Under the pieces are notes generated by a model. That model was not told where the DNA came from and searched no databases. It worked only from the letters and a program-made list of their open reading frames with translations. A stretch of 64,000 nt of DNA from contig JAYUUN010000001.1 of the NCBI GenBank assembly GCA_043754535.1, positions 461 to 64,460 of the forward strand. Direction: 5' to 3'. Positions 24,257 to 32,391 of this stretch are shown in pieces. Both the position numbers and the translations under genes were made by a program. Source of the DNA: Chloroflexota bacterium (lineage in GTDB: Bacteria; Chloroflexota; Chloroflexia; QHBQ01). The first letter of the stretch is position 1, and each line of letters starts with the position of its first letter.

Positions 24257-25717
24257 ATGAAGTTTTGGAGAGCAACTGTCCTACTGCTGGTCGCAGCCTT
24301 CCTGTTGATGGCTTGTGACAACAACGCGGCGGCTCCCGCTGCCAGCACCACTCCGACGAAGGCAGCCTCGGCTGCCAATACCCCAATGGCTCCCGCTGCG
24401 GCGACCAACACCACGATGGCGGCAGCTCCCGCTGTGGCGACCGATACCCCTGCTGCCGCTGCTGCTGCACCCAAGCCGACAAACACGATGGGCGCACTGC
24501 CTACGCCAAATAGTGCCAGCGGCGTAACTACCCTCTGGTTCCACTCTGGCACCGGCGGCGAGCGTGAGGCCCTCGAAGCCTCGATCAAGAAGTTCAACGC
24601 CAGCAACAGTGGCACCACCATCGAAGCAGTGCAACTGCCAGAGGGTAGCTACAACGATCAGGTGAACGCCGCCGCCCTCGCCAATGGCTTGCCTTGCCTG
24701 CTCGATTTTGATGGCCCCAACGTCTATAACTACGCCTGGACAGGCCGCCTCGTGGCACTAGACAGCTACGTGGCTGCCGACATGAAGGCCGACTTCCTGC
24801 CCTCGATCATCCGCCAGGGTACCTACAACAACAAGCTGTACAGCCTCGGCCAGTTCGACTCCGGCCTCGGTATCTACGGCAACAAGGACTTGCTGACCAA
24901 GGCTGGTGTACGCATCCCCACTGGGGTTAGCGATGCCTGGAGCAGCGAGGAGTTCAACGACGCGCTCAAGAAGCTGAAGGCCAGCGGCCTTGCCTACCCG
25001 CTCGACATGAAGATGGACTATGGGCGCGGCGAGTGGTACACCTATGGCTTCAGCCCGATTCTGCAATCGTTTGGCGGCGACCTGATCGACCGCAGCAACT
25101 ACCAGAAGGCCGATGGCACGATCAACAGCGCAGCTTCGGTCAAGGCGATGACCTGGTTCCAGGGTCTGTTCAAGGATGGCTACGTCAATCGCAAGCCCGC
25201 TGGTGGCACCGACTTTGCCGACGGCAAGGCTGCTCTCAGCTACGTGGGCCACTGGACTTACGCTGATTACAAGAAGGCTCTCGGCGACAAGTTGGTGGTG
25301 TTGCCAATGCCCAAGTTCGGCGGCAAGGCCGTAACCGGCCAGGGTAGTTGGAACTGGGGTATTACCTCGACCTGCAAAGACCCCGCTGCCGCCTGGAAGG
25401 TGATGAGCTTCCTGCTCTCCGATGAGGAAATCTTGCGCATGACCGACGCGAACGGCGCGCCGCCTGCCCGCAAGTCCGCCCTCAGCCAGTCCAAGCTCTA
25501 TGGCCCTGGCGCGCCGCTGCAAGTCTTCGCCGACCAGCTAAACAACAGCCTCAGCCTCGAACGCCCCGTCACCCCAGCCTACCCGGCTATCACCGCTGCC
25601 TTCCAAGAGGCCACCGATAACATCGTCAACGGGGCCGACGTGAAGGGCGCACTAGACAAGGCGGCCAAGAAGATCGACCAGGACATCCAGGACAACCAGG
25701 GTTACCCGATCAAGTAG
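24257..25717 (+). CDS. sugar ABC transporter substrate-binding lipoprotein (family 1 SBP)
   Basis: MKFWRATVLLLVAAFLLMAC lipobox, Ala/Thr/Pro-rich linker, then a family-1 SBP pattern. AAGGAGGA before ATG 24257; the ORF-track start is 24155. Confidence 0.85.
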   Translation: MKFWRATVLLLVAAFLLMACDNNAAAPAASTTPTKAASAANTPMAPAAATNTTMAAAPAVATDTPAAAAAAPKPTNTMGALPTPNSASGVTTLWFHSGTGGEREALEASIKKFNASNSGTTIEAVQLPEGSYNDQVNAAALANGLPCLLDFDGPNVYNYAWTGRLVALDSYVAADMKADFLPSIIRQGTYNNKLYSLGQFDSGLGIYGNKDLLTKAGVRIPTGVSDAWSSEEFNDALKKLKASGLAYPLDMKMDYGRGEWYTYGFSPILQSFGGDLIDRSNYQKADGTINSAASVKAMTWFQGLFKDGYVNRKPAGGTDFADGKAALSYVGHWTYADYKKALGDKLVVLPMPKFGGKAVTGQGSWNWGITSTCKDPAAAWKVMSFLLSDEEILRMTDANGAPPARKSALSQSKLYGPGAPLQVFADQLNNSLSLERPVTPAYPAITAAFQEATDNIVNGADVKGALDKAAKKIDQDIQDNQGYPIK

Positions 25718-25731
25718 TTACCTCTGCGGTC

Positions 25732-25773
25732 AGGACTGCTCTGCTCCCCCTCTAGTAGGGGGAGTGCAGTCCT
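25732..25773 (+). promoter_or_regulatory. intercistronic stem-loop between SBP and permease genes
   Basis: AGGACTGC/GCAGTCCT (8 bp) plus CTCCCCCT/AGGGGGAG (8 bp) with a 5-nt loop and no U-tract. Confidence 0.5.
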
Positions 25774-25824
25774 AACAGAGCCTTAACTCTCTTTAGCTCT
25801 TTCTTGTAGAAGGCGAGGTAAAAT

Positions 25825-26751
25825 ATGAGCGTGCAAAACACTGTCGTTCCCCGCTCTGGCAACTGGCGCAAGGGAGAGGAGCGCACAGCCTGGCTGCTGG
25901 CTACCCCTGCTATCCTGCTCCTGGGCAGCTTCCTGATTGTTCCCTTCCTGATGGCTGTCTACTTCTCCTTCACCGACCAACGGCTGGTACCTAACCCCAA
26001 CCTCGAAACCCAGTTCATCGGCTTCCGCAACTACCAGCGGATGCTCGACGACGATACGCTCAAGCACGCCCTGCTCAACAACTTCACCTTTGTGATCGTG
26101 GTCGTGCCGATCCAGACCGGCCTCGCCCTGGCCCTTGCGCTGCTGGTCAACCAGAAGTTGCGGGCAATGAACCTGTTCCGTACCATCTACTTCACCCCTG
26201 TGGTGACGATCATGGCGGTGGTGGCGGTCATCTGGTACTTCCTCTACAACCCCGGTAGCGGGCTGATCAACTCCTTCTTGCAGAGCATTACCTTTGGCCT
26301 GTTCAAGCCAGTAGACTGGTTGGGCGACAAGAACCTGGCTCTGCCCTCGATCATGGTTCTCTCGATCTGGCAGGGGGTTGGCTTCCAAATGCTCATCTTC
26401 CTGGCTGGGCTGCAAGAGATACCTGACTCGCTCTATGAGGCCGCCGACATTGACGGCGCAAGCCGTTGGCAGCAGTTCCGCAACGTCACCATCCCTGGCC
26501 TGCGTAACACCATACTCTTTGTGGTCATCTCTACCACCATCCTCGCCTTCCGCCTATTCGACCAGATTTGGGTGATGACCAAGGGCGCACCAGAGGACTC
26601 GACAGCCACCATGGTGCTGCACATCGTCCAGCAAGGCTTCAGCCAGCAGAAGGTCGGTTACGCCTCGGCGATCTCGGTCTTCTTCTTCCTGCTAGTGCTG
26701 ACGATCTCAATCCTCCAACGGGTGTTTATCAAAGAAGAAAGGCACGTGTAA
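25825..26751 (+). CDS. carbohydrate ABC transporter permease (MalF/CUT1 type)
   Basis: Six hydrophobic segments. EAA-like loop EAADIDGASRWQQFRNVTIPGLRNT. Confidence 0.85.
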   Translation: MSVQNTVVPRSGNWRKGEERTAWLLATPAILLLGSFLIVPFLMAVYFSFTDQRLVPNPNLETQFIGFRNYQRMLDDDTLKHALLNNFTFVIVVVPIQTGLALALALLVNQKLRAMNLFRTIYFTPVVTIMAVVAVIWYFLYNPGSGLINSFLQSITFGLFKPVDWLGDKNLALPSIMVLSIWQGVGFQMLIFLAGLQEIPDSLYEAADIDGASRWQQFRNVTIPGLRNTILFVVISTTILAFRLFDQIWVMTKGAPEDSTATMVLHIVQQGFSQQKVGYASAISVFFFLLVLTISILQRVFIKEERHV

Positions 26752-26753
26752 CT

Positions 26754-27677
26754 ATGGCTGTTCGCACAGAGCAACTCGCACCTGCTGCGGCAGGCACCGT
26801 CCACGGCACTGGCTATCAGCTACGGCGGCTCATCTTCCGCCTGCTCGACTACGGGCTGATGATCCTGCTCGCCATCTTCTTCCTGTTCCCCCTGATCTTC
26901 ATGCTAGTTAGTTCGCTGAAGGGTGATGAGGGTCAGGTCTTGCGTGACATGAGCAGCCTGCAAGCCTTCGTGCCAAGCAGCATCTCCTTCCAGAACTACC
27001 AGGATGTGTTCAAGAACGTCCCCTTTGGCCGCAATATGCTCAACTCGGTGATCGTCACTGGTGGCATCGTGGCCCTGGGCCTGCTAGTCAACAGCATGAT
27101 CGCCTACTCGCTGGCGCGCATCAACTTTCGGGGGCGCAGCATCGTACTGGCCGTCGTCGTCAGCCTGATCATCATCCCCTTCCAGGCGGTGGCCGTGCCG
27201 CTACTGCTGTTGGTCAACTCGCTACCCAGCTTCGGCCTCGGCAAGCCTGGCTGGATCGACAGCTACCATGTGCAGATCATCCCCTTTGTCGCCGACGCGT
27301 TCTCAATCTTCCTGTTCTACCAATTCTTCATTGCCATCCCCAAAGACCTGGAGGAGGCTGCGTTGGTGGACGGGGCGGGCCGCTTCCGCATCTATTGGAG
27401 CATCATCATTCCGCTCTCCAAGCCGGTCTTTGCGACGGTGGCGATCCTCCAGTTTCTTAGTCGCTGGGGCGAACTGCTCTGGCCGGTAATGGTCACGAGG
27501 GGCGACAGCTATCGCCCGCTGCCAGTGGCAATGCAGACCTTCTTCGGTCAACAGCCGCGCCAATGGGGTGACATCATGGCCTTCGCCGCAATGGTAACGA
27601 TCCCAGTGCTGGTCATCTTCCTCATCTTCCAACGCTGGTTTGTGCAAAGCGTCACCTCGACCGGGGTCAAGGGCTAA
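26754..27677 (+). CDS. carbohydrate ABC transporter permease (MalG/CUT1 type)
   Basis: ATG 26754 lies 2 nt after the upstream stop. EAALVDGAGRFRIYWSIIIPLSKP EAA loop. The ORF-track start 26568 overlaps the previous gene. Confidence 0.85.
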   Translation: MAVRTEQLAPAAAGTVHGTGYQLRRLIFRLLDYGLMILLAIFFLFPLIFMLVSSLKGDEGQVLRDMSSLQAFVPSSISFQNYQDVFKNVPFGRNMLNSVIVTGGIVALGLLVNSMIAYSLARINFRGRSIVLAVVVSLIIIPFQAVAVPLLLLVNSLPSFGLGKPGWIDSYHVQIIPFVADAFSIFLFYQFFIAIPKDLEEAALVDGAGRFRIYWSIIIPLSKPVFATVAILQFLSRWGELLWPVMVTRGDSYRPLPVAMQTFFGQQPRQWGDIMAFAAMVTIPVLVIFLIFQRWFVQSVTSTGVKG

Positions 27678-27695
27678 CACCAGGGAGGAAGTGCG

Positions 27696-29621
27696 TTGGA
27701 ATACCCTGCTGAGTTGATTCTGGAGGACATCATGCCTCGCCTGGCGGCCTGGTTCGCTGCTGACCGCGCCGCTTGGCCTGCCTTCCAGACGCGGCTGCAC
27801 TGCCACTTTGACCACCTCTATGGGCTGTTGGCCGAACTGTACGGCGGCCACTACGCCTTCCGCCAGCACGTGGAGGAGAGCCTATTGCTGGCTGCTCGCA
27901 CCTGGCTTGCCCGCCCTGCCGAACTGAAGACTCTGGACGCAGAGCGCGAGGCAGACCCCCTTTGGTTCCAGGCGCAAACGATGGTGGGTGGGGTCTGCTA
28001 CGTTGACCGGTTCGCTGGCACGCTGGCAGGGGTGCGTGAAAAGATACCTTACTTCAAAGAACTGGGTCTCACCTACCTGCACCTGATGCCCCTCTTTCTT
28101 GCGCCAGCGGGCAACAGCGACGGTGGCTATGCGGTCAGCAGCTACCGCGAGGTCAACCCCACCCTCGGTAGCATGGCCGAGCTTGCCGAACTAGCCAGCG
28201 AACTGCGCCACAACGGGATCAGCCTGGTCGTGGATTTTGTCTTCAACCACACCGCTGACGAACACACCTGGGCGCAGCAGGCTCTGGCGGGCGTGCAAGA
28301 GTACCAGGACTACTACCGCCTGTTCCCCAGCCGCACGCTGCCCGATGCTTACGAGCGCGACCTGCGCGAAATCTTCCCTGGTCAGCGGCCTGGCAGCTTT
28401 ACCTACCGCCCAGAGATCGCTAGTTGGGTTTGGACGACCTTCAACAGCTTCCAATGGGACCTCAACTACGCCAACCCCGCCGTCTTCACCGCCATGGCGG
28501 GCGAGATGCTGTTCCTTGCCAATCAGGGGGTGGAAGTGCTGCGCCTGGATGCGGTGGCCTTCATCTGGAAGCGGTTGGGGACAACCAGCGAGAACCTGCC
28601 AGCAGCCCATCTTCTAGTGCAGGCGTTCAACGCCCTCATTCAAATCGCAGCCCCTGCTCTGCTCTTCAAGTCCGAGGCTATCGTCCACCCCGACGATGTG
28701 GCCCGCTACATCAGCCCTGCTGAGTGCCAGATTTCTTACAACCCGCTGCTGATGGCCCTGCTCTGGGAGGCGTTGGCAACCCGCGAGACCAAGCTGCTAC
28801 AAACCTCCATGCAGCACCGCTTTGCGATCAACCCCGCCTGCGCCTGGGTCAACTATGTGCGTTCGCACGACGATATTGGCTGGACGTTCGACGACGAAGA
28901 CGCGGCCCGCGTGGGCATCAACGGCTTTGACCACCGCCTCTTTCTCAATCTCTTTTACACCGGACGCTTTGCTGGTAGCTTTGCCCGTGGCGTACCCTTC
29001 CAGGAGAACCCCCGCACTGGTGATGCGCGGGTTTCTGGCACGGCGGCTTCGCTAGTCGGCCTGGGCCAGGCGGTGGCGGCGAACGACGCGCAGCAGATTG
29101 AGTTGGCGATCCGTAGAGTGCTGCTGCTCTATGGGGTCGCCATGTCCGCTGGCGGCATCCCTCTGATCTACCTGGGTGACGAGGTCGGCACCCTCAACAG
29201 CTTCGCCTACCTGGACGACCCGGCGAAGGCCGAGGATAGCCGCTGGGTGGGCCGCCCCTACGCCGACTGGCAGCAGTACGCTGCCCGCCACGACCCTACC
29301 ACCGTCGGGGGCCGCATCTACCAGGCTATCTGCCAGCAGATCGCAGTACGAAAGGCGCAGCCGCTCTTTGCTGGCGGTGCCGCCGAGTTTCTCGACCCTG
29401 GCAACGGCCATGTGCTGGCCTACGCCCGTCAGCAGGGCGACAGCCGCCTGCTAGCCCTGGTCAACTTTAGCGAACAGCCGGAGACCGTCGCCGCCGACCT
29501 GGTGCGCTGGCACGGGCAAGGGGCGCGTTTCCATGACCTGATTAGCGGCGTGGAGATGGCAATTGAGGACGATCTGAGGCTAGAACCTTACCAGTTCGTC
29601 TGGCTGCTGAGGGAGGATTAG
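27696..29621 (+). CDS. ams: amylosucrase (GH13_4)
   Basis: Collinear with Neisseria amylosucrase blocks: VGGVCYVDRFAG..IPYFKELGLTYLHLMPLF, SDGGYAVSSYREVNP, FNSFQWDLNYANP, LDAVAFIWKRLGTTSENLP, FKSEAIVHPDD, VNYVRSHDDIGWTF, PLIYLGDEVG. GGGAGGA before TTG. Confidence 0.9.
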   Translation: MEYPAELILEDIMPRLAAWFAADRAAWPAFQTRLHCHFDHLYGLLAELYGGHYAFRQHVEESLLLAARTWLARPAELKTLDAEREADPLWFQAQTMVGGVCYVDRFAGTLAGVREKIPYFKELGLTYLHLMPLFLAPAGNSDGGYAVSSYREVNPTLGSMAELAELASELRHNGISLVVDFVFNHTADEHTWAQQALAGVQEYQDYYRLFPSRTLPDAYERDLREIFPGQRPGSFTYRPEIASWVWTTFNSFQWDLNYANPAVFTAMAGEMLFLANQGVEVLRLDAVAFIWKRLGTTSENLPAAHLLVQAFNALIQIAAPALLFKSEAIVHPDDVARYISPAECQISYNPLLMALLWEALATRETKLLQTSMQHRFAINPACAWVNYVRSHDDIGWTFDDEDAARVGINGFDHRLFLNLFYTGRFAGSFARGVPFQENPRTGDARVSGTAASLVGLGQAVAANDAQQIELAIRRVLLLYGVAMSAGGIPLIYLGDEVGTLNSFAYLDDPAKAEDSRWVGRPYADWQQYAARHDPTTVGGRIYQAICQQIAVRKAQPLFAGGAAEFLDPGNGHVLAYARQQGDSRLLALVNFSEQPETVAADLVRWHGQGARFHDLISGVEMAIEDDLRLEPYQFVWLLRED

Positions 29622-29623
29622 CC

Positions 29624-30604
29624 TTGCTGCACCCAGCCGACCTGTACCTATGGGACTTCTGGTTTGCGCCGCGCAAGATGGGTGAGCCATACCACCTGTT
29701 CTACCTGCATGCTCCGCGCAGCCTGCCCGACCCTGACTTGCGCCATGCGGTGGCGACCATAGGCCACGCTGTCTCTGACGACCTGCACCAGTGGCAGCAG
29801 TTGCCGACCGCCTTCAATCAGGGCGCGCCTGGTAGCTGGGATGACCGCGCAATCTGGACGGGCAGCATCATAGAGCGGGCTGGCACCTACTACTTCTTCT
29901 ACACTGGTACGCAACTGGCCGAAGACGGTCTCGTGCAGCGCATCGGGCTAGCGACCTCTAGCGACTTGCAGCACTGGCAGCGGCACGCCGCCAACCCGTT
30001 GCTAGAGGCTGACCCCCGTTGGTACGAGAAGCTCGGTGGCTCTAGCTGGTGGGAGGAGGCCTGGCGCGACCCCTGCGTGGTCTGGTCGCCAGCGGATGGC
30101 TGCTACCTGATGTTCATTACCGCCCGCGTCAACTATGGCCCCGCTGATGGCCGCGGCGTGATCGGCTGCGCCCGCTCAAGCGATTTGCTACATTGGGAGG
30201 CGTTGCCGCCAGTCAGCGAACCAGGTGAGTTTGCCCACCTGGAAGTGCCGCAAGTGTTGGCCCTGGATGGCCGCTACTACCTGCTGTTTTGCACCGCCAG
30301 CGACACCCACTCGGCAGCCCGGCGCACGCGCGCAGGAGACTCCGCTGCCTGGTTCGGCACCCACTACCTGGTCAGCGAACGGTTGGCTGGCCCCTACGCG
30401 CTCAGCACCGACGTAGGGCTGGCGGTTGGTGCGGGCGATTACGCGGGTAAAATCATCGAGGGGCCGGATGGCAGCCTCTGCTTCCTGGCCTGGCAGATGC
30501 ACGGGCCAGACGGTGCGTTTGCAGGCGCACTGAGCGATCCCCTTCCCCTTCTCCTCCTCCCCGACGGCAAGCTGGCGGTTCGATACCCAGCGGCTAATCC
30601 TTGA
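29624..30604 (+). CDS. GH-J clan (GH32/GH68-like) beta-fructofuranosidase/fructosyltransferase-like protein
   Basis: LWDFWF (nucleophile Asp motif), AWRDPCVVW (RDP), FAHLEVPQV (candidate acid/base Glu), repeated blade-like HWQ segments. No signal peptide. The start is 2 nt after the ams stop. Confidence 0.65.
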   Translation: MLHPADLYLWDFWFAPRKMGEPYHLFYLHAPRSLPDPDLRHAVATIGHAVSDDLHQWQQLPTAFNQGAPGSWDDRAIWTGSIIERAGTYYFFYTGTQLAEDGLVQRIGLATSSDLQHWQRHAANPLLEADPRWYEKLGGSSWWEEAWRDPCVVWSPADGCYLMFITARVNYGPADGRGVIGCARSSDLLHWEALPPVSEPGEFAHLEVPQVLALDGRYYLLFCTASDTHSAARRTRAGDSAAWFGTHYLVSERLAGPYALSTDVGLAVGAGDYAGKIIEGPDGSLCFLAWQMHGPDGAFAGALSDPLPLLLLPDGKLAVRYPAANP

Positions 30605-30651
30605 CCCACCAAGTTGGTATAATGCAAACATCATCTGGGAGGGGGAGATTT

Positions 30652-31164
30652 GTGGCCGAAGAAACAAGGATGGTAGTGGCTGACGATGCTGGCGGTTGGC
30701 GACGACGTTTCAAGGGTAAGGTGACGAGGCTGGCCCACGAGGGTGGGAGCATCAGCGTGCGCGTGGAACTCTACAGCCAGGCACGCCCAGCGGAGAGTGG
30801 CCTGACCACTGCCCGCGAGCAGATCGCTGCCCAAGATGCCCGCAATGAGGCGCAGATGGCGACCCTCGGCAAGAGCAACGCCTCAGATGAGCAGGTGTTG
30901 TTCCTCAGCACTGTTGACCCCGCCGCCCGCCTACTGCTGCGCGTCGTCGCCCGCCGCGACACACCAGTGAGCGCAACCGTCGAGTTGCAAGTGCGGAGTA
31001 GCAAGTATCCGCACCTGCTACCCGTCAAGCACATCCAACTGCGCCTCGGTGCGGGTGAGATCGAGTTCGTGGCGGGCGAGATCAACCCCTTCGGCTACAA
31101 CTTCGCTGCTATCCCGGTCGCCACTCTCGGCAGCCTCTGGATCGAGATCGCGGTGCAACCATAG
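30652..31164 (+). CDS. hypothetical protein
   Basis: GTG 30652 is preceded by GGGAGGGGGA, and TGGTATAAT lies at 30615-30623. 170 aa, no motif recognised. Confidence 0.4.
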   Translation: MAEETRMVVADDAGGWRRRFKGKVTRLAHEGGSISVRVELYSQARPAESGLTTAREQIAAQDARNEAQMATLGKSNASDEQVLFLSTVDPAARLLLRVVARRDTPVSATVELQVRSSKYPHLLPVKHIQLRLGAGEIEFVAGEINPFGYNFAAIPVATLGSLWIEIAVQP

Positions 31165-31226
31165 CTGAGTTGACTGGCATGATTATTGCCTCGGCATAGC
31201 ACAAATCGCGATTATCGAGGCACATT

Positions 31227-32084
31227 ATGTCCGAAGGGCCAGAAGTAAGGCGCATTGCCGCTACGCTCCACGACGGGCTGGCAGGCAGCCACCTGATGCA
31301 GTTTGAGACGCAGTTGAAGAAGGCGAAGGGCTGGCTGGCTGACCACCCAGATGCACTGACGGGCCGCGAGTTCCGGCGCGTCTTCGCTGTCGGCAAGAAC
31401 ATCCTCTTTGAGTTGAGCGACGAACTGTGGTTCCGCTCGCACCCGCTGATGTGGGGCAAGTGGCTGCTCTACCCTGCTGAGGCGACTATCCCCCACGATC
31501 CCCACGAGCGCGTTCACCTCTACACCGAGCGGGCGCAGGCGTTGTTCATTCGCGGGCAGGTTTTCGACATCGTGTTGGGTGACCCCTTCAGCCAGATACC
31601 GACCCTCGCCCAGATCGGCCCCGACATCTGCGAGCAGCCCTTCGACAATGCCCTGTTCCGCGAACGGCTGCTGTCGCCAGCGAACCTCGACCAGGAGGTG
31701 GCCCCGGTGCTGCTACTCCAGGAGGTAGCAGCGGGGTTGGGCAACTACTTCAAGAGCGACGTGCTGAACGTCTGCCGCATCAACCCCAGGCGCAAGGTGC
31801 GTGACCTCACTGCCGCCGAGGTAGAATGTCTGGCCGCCGAGATACCAGCCCAGGCTCAGCGCAGCCTAACCAACCGGGGCTTCACTATCCCCCAGGCACT
31901 TTACGAGCAGCTAGCAACCCAGGCTCAGGAGCGCGGTGGCAGCTTCAACTACCGTGACCGTCACTGGGCCTTCCGCCGCAGCGGGCAACCCTGCTTCAAC
32001 TGTGGCACCACCCTGCGCCAGGCTCGCACAGGGCCGCAAGAGGGCCGCCTCACCTATTTTTGTCCAAACTGCCAGGCTGTCTGA
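31227..32084 (+). CDS. nei: endonuclease VIII (Nei) / Fpg-family DNA glycosylase with Ser at position 2
   Basis: MSEGPEVRRIA (E. coli Nei: MPEGPEIRR), LLLQEVAAGLGNYFKSDVL H2TH, C-terminal zinc finger CFNCG...YFCPNCQ. Confidence 0.85.
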   Translation: MSEGPEVRRIAATLHDGLAGSHLMQFETQLKKAKGWLADHPDALTGREFRRVFAVGKNILFELSDELWFRSHPLMWGKWLLYPAEATIPHDPHERVHLYTERAQALFIRGQVFDIVLGDPFSQIPTLAQIGPDICEQPFDNALFRERLLSPANLDQEVAPVLLLQEVAAGLGNYFKSDVLNVCRINPRRKVRDLTAAEVECLAAEIPAQAQRSLTNRGFTIPQALYEQLATQAQERGGSFNYRDRHWAFRRSGQPCFNCGTTLRQARTGPQEGRLTYFCPNCQAV

Positions 32085-32108
32085 TCGCAGGCGTGGGTGT
32101 ACAAACCC

Positions 32109-32137
32109 TTGACAAAGCTGTGCAAAGAGTGTACAAT
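32109..32137 (+). promoter_or_regulatory. sigma70-type promoter TTGACA-17-TACAAT
   Basis: TTGACA 32109-32114, 17-nt spacer, TACAAT 32132-32137. A second TATAAT lies at 32151-32156. Confidence 0.55.
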
Positions 32138-32169
32138 GCCTCCATAGTCCGTATAATAGGAGGCTAGCA

Positions 32170-32361
32170 ATGACTTTCTTCAGCCCAGCAATTTACCTTG
32201 ACCCACTTGGTGAACCAAATGTGGGACAGCCGCCCCTGCTGGTGGCTACCCAGCGCGACGAAGTAGAACCGCCCGCCCCGCAGCCATTGCAGCCCAGCCA
32301 GCCACCCCGCCGCCAGCCCAGCCCGCCACCCAAAGAGCAGGAGCCTACTAACCTGCACTAA
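32170..32361 (+). CDS. 63-aa proline-rich small protein (hypothetical)
   Basis: AGGAGG (32157-32162) lies 7 nt before ATG 32170, directly downstream of the consensus promoter. The product is Pro/Gln-rich. Confidence 0.4.
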   Translation: MTFFSPAIYLDPLGEPNVGQPPLLVATQRDEVEPPAPQPLQPSQPPRRQPSPPPKEQEPTNLH

Positions 32362-32391
32362 CCGTCTTCCTCCCCAGCCTCGCTACCGCTC

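Noticed and set aside
30601-30623. TTGACC followed by TATAAT upstream of the 30652 ORF, read as a full -35/-10 promoter.
   Set aside because: The spacer is only 11 nt, so the TTGACC cannot act as a -35. Only the extended -10 (TGGTATAAT) is kept as a weak candidate.
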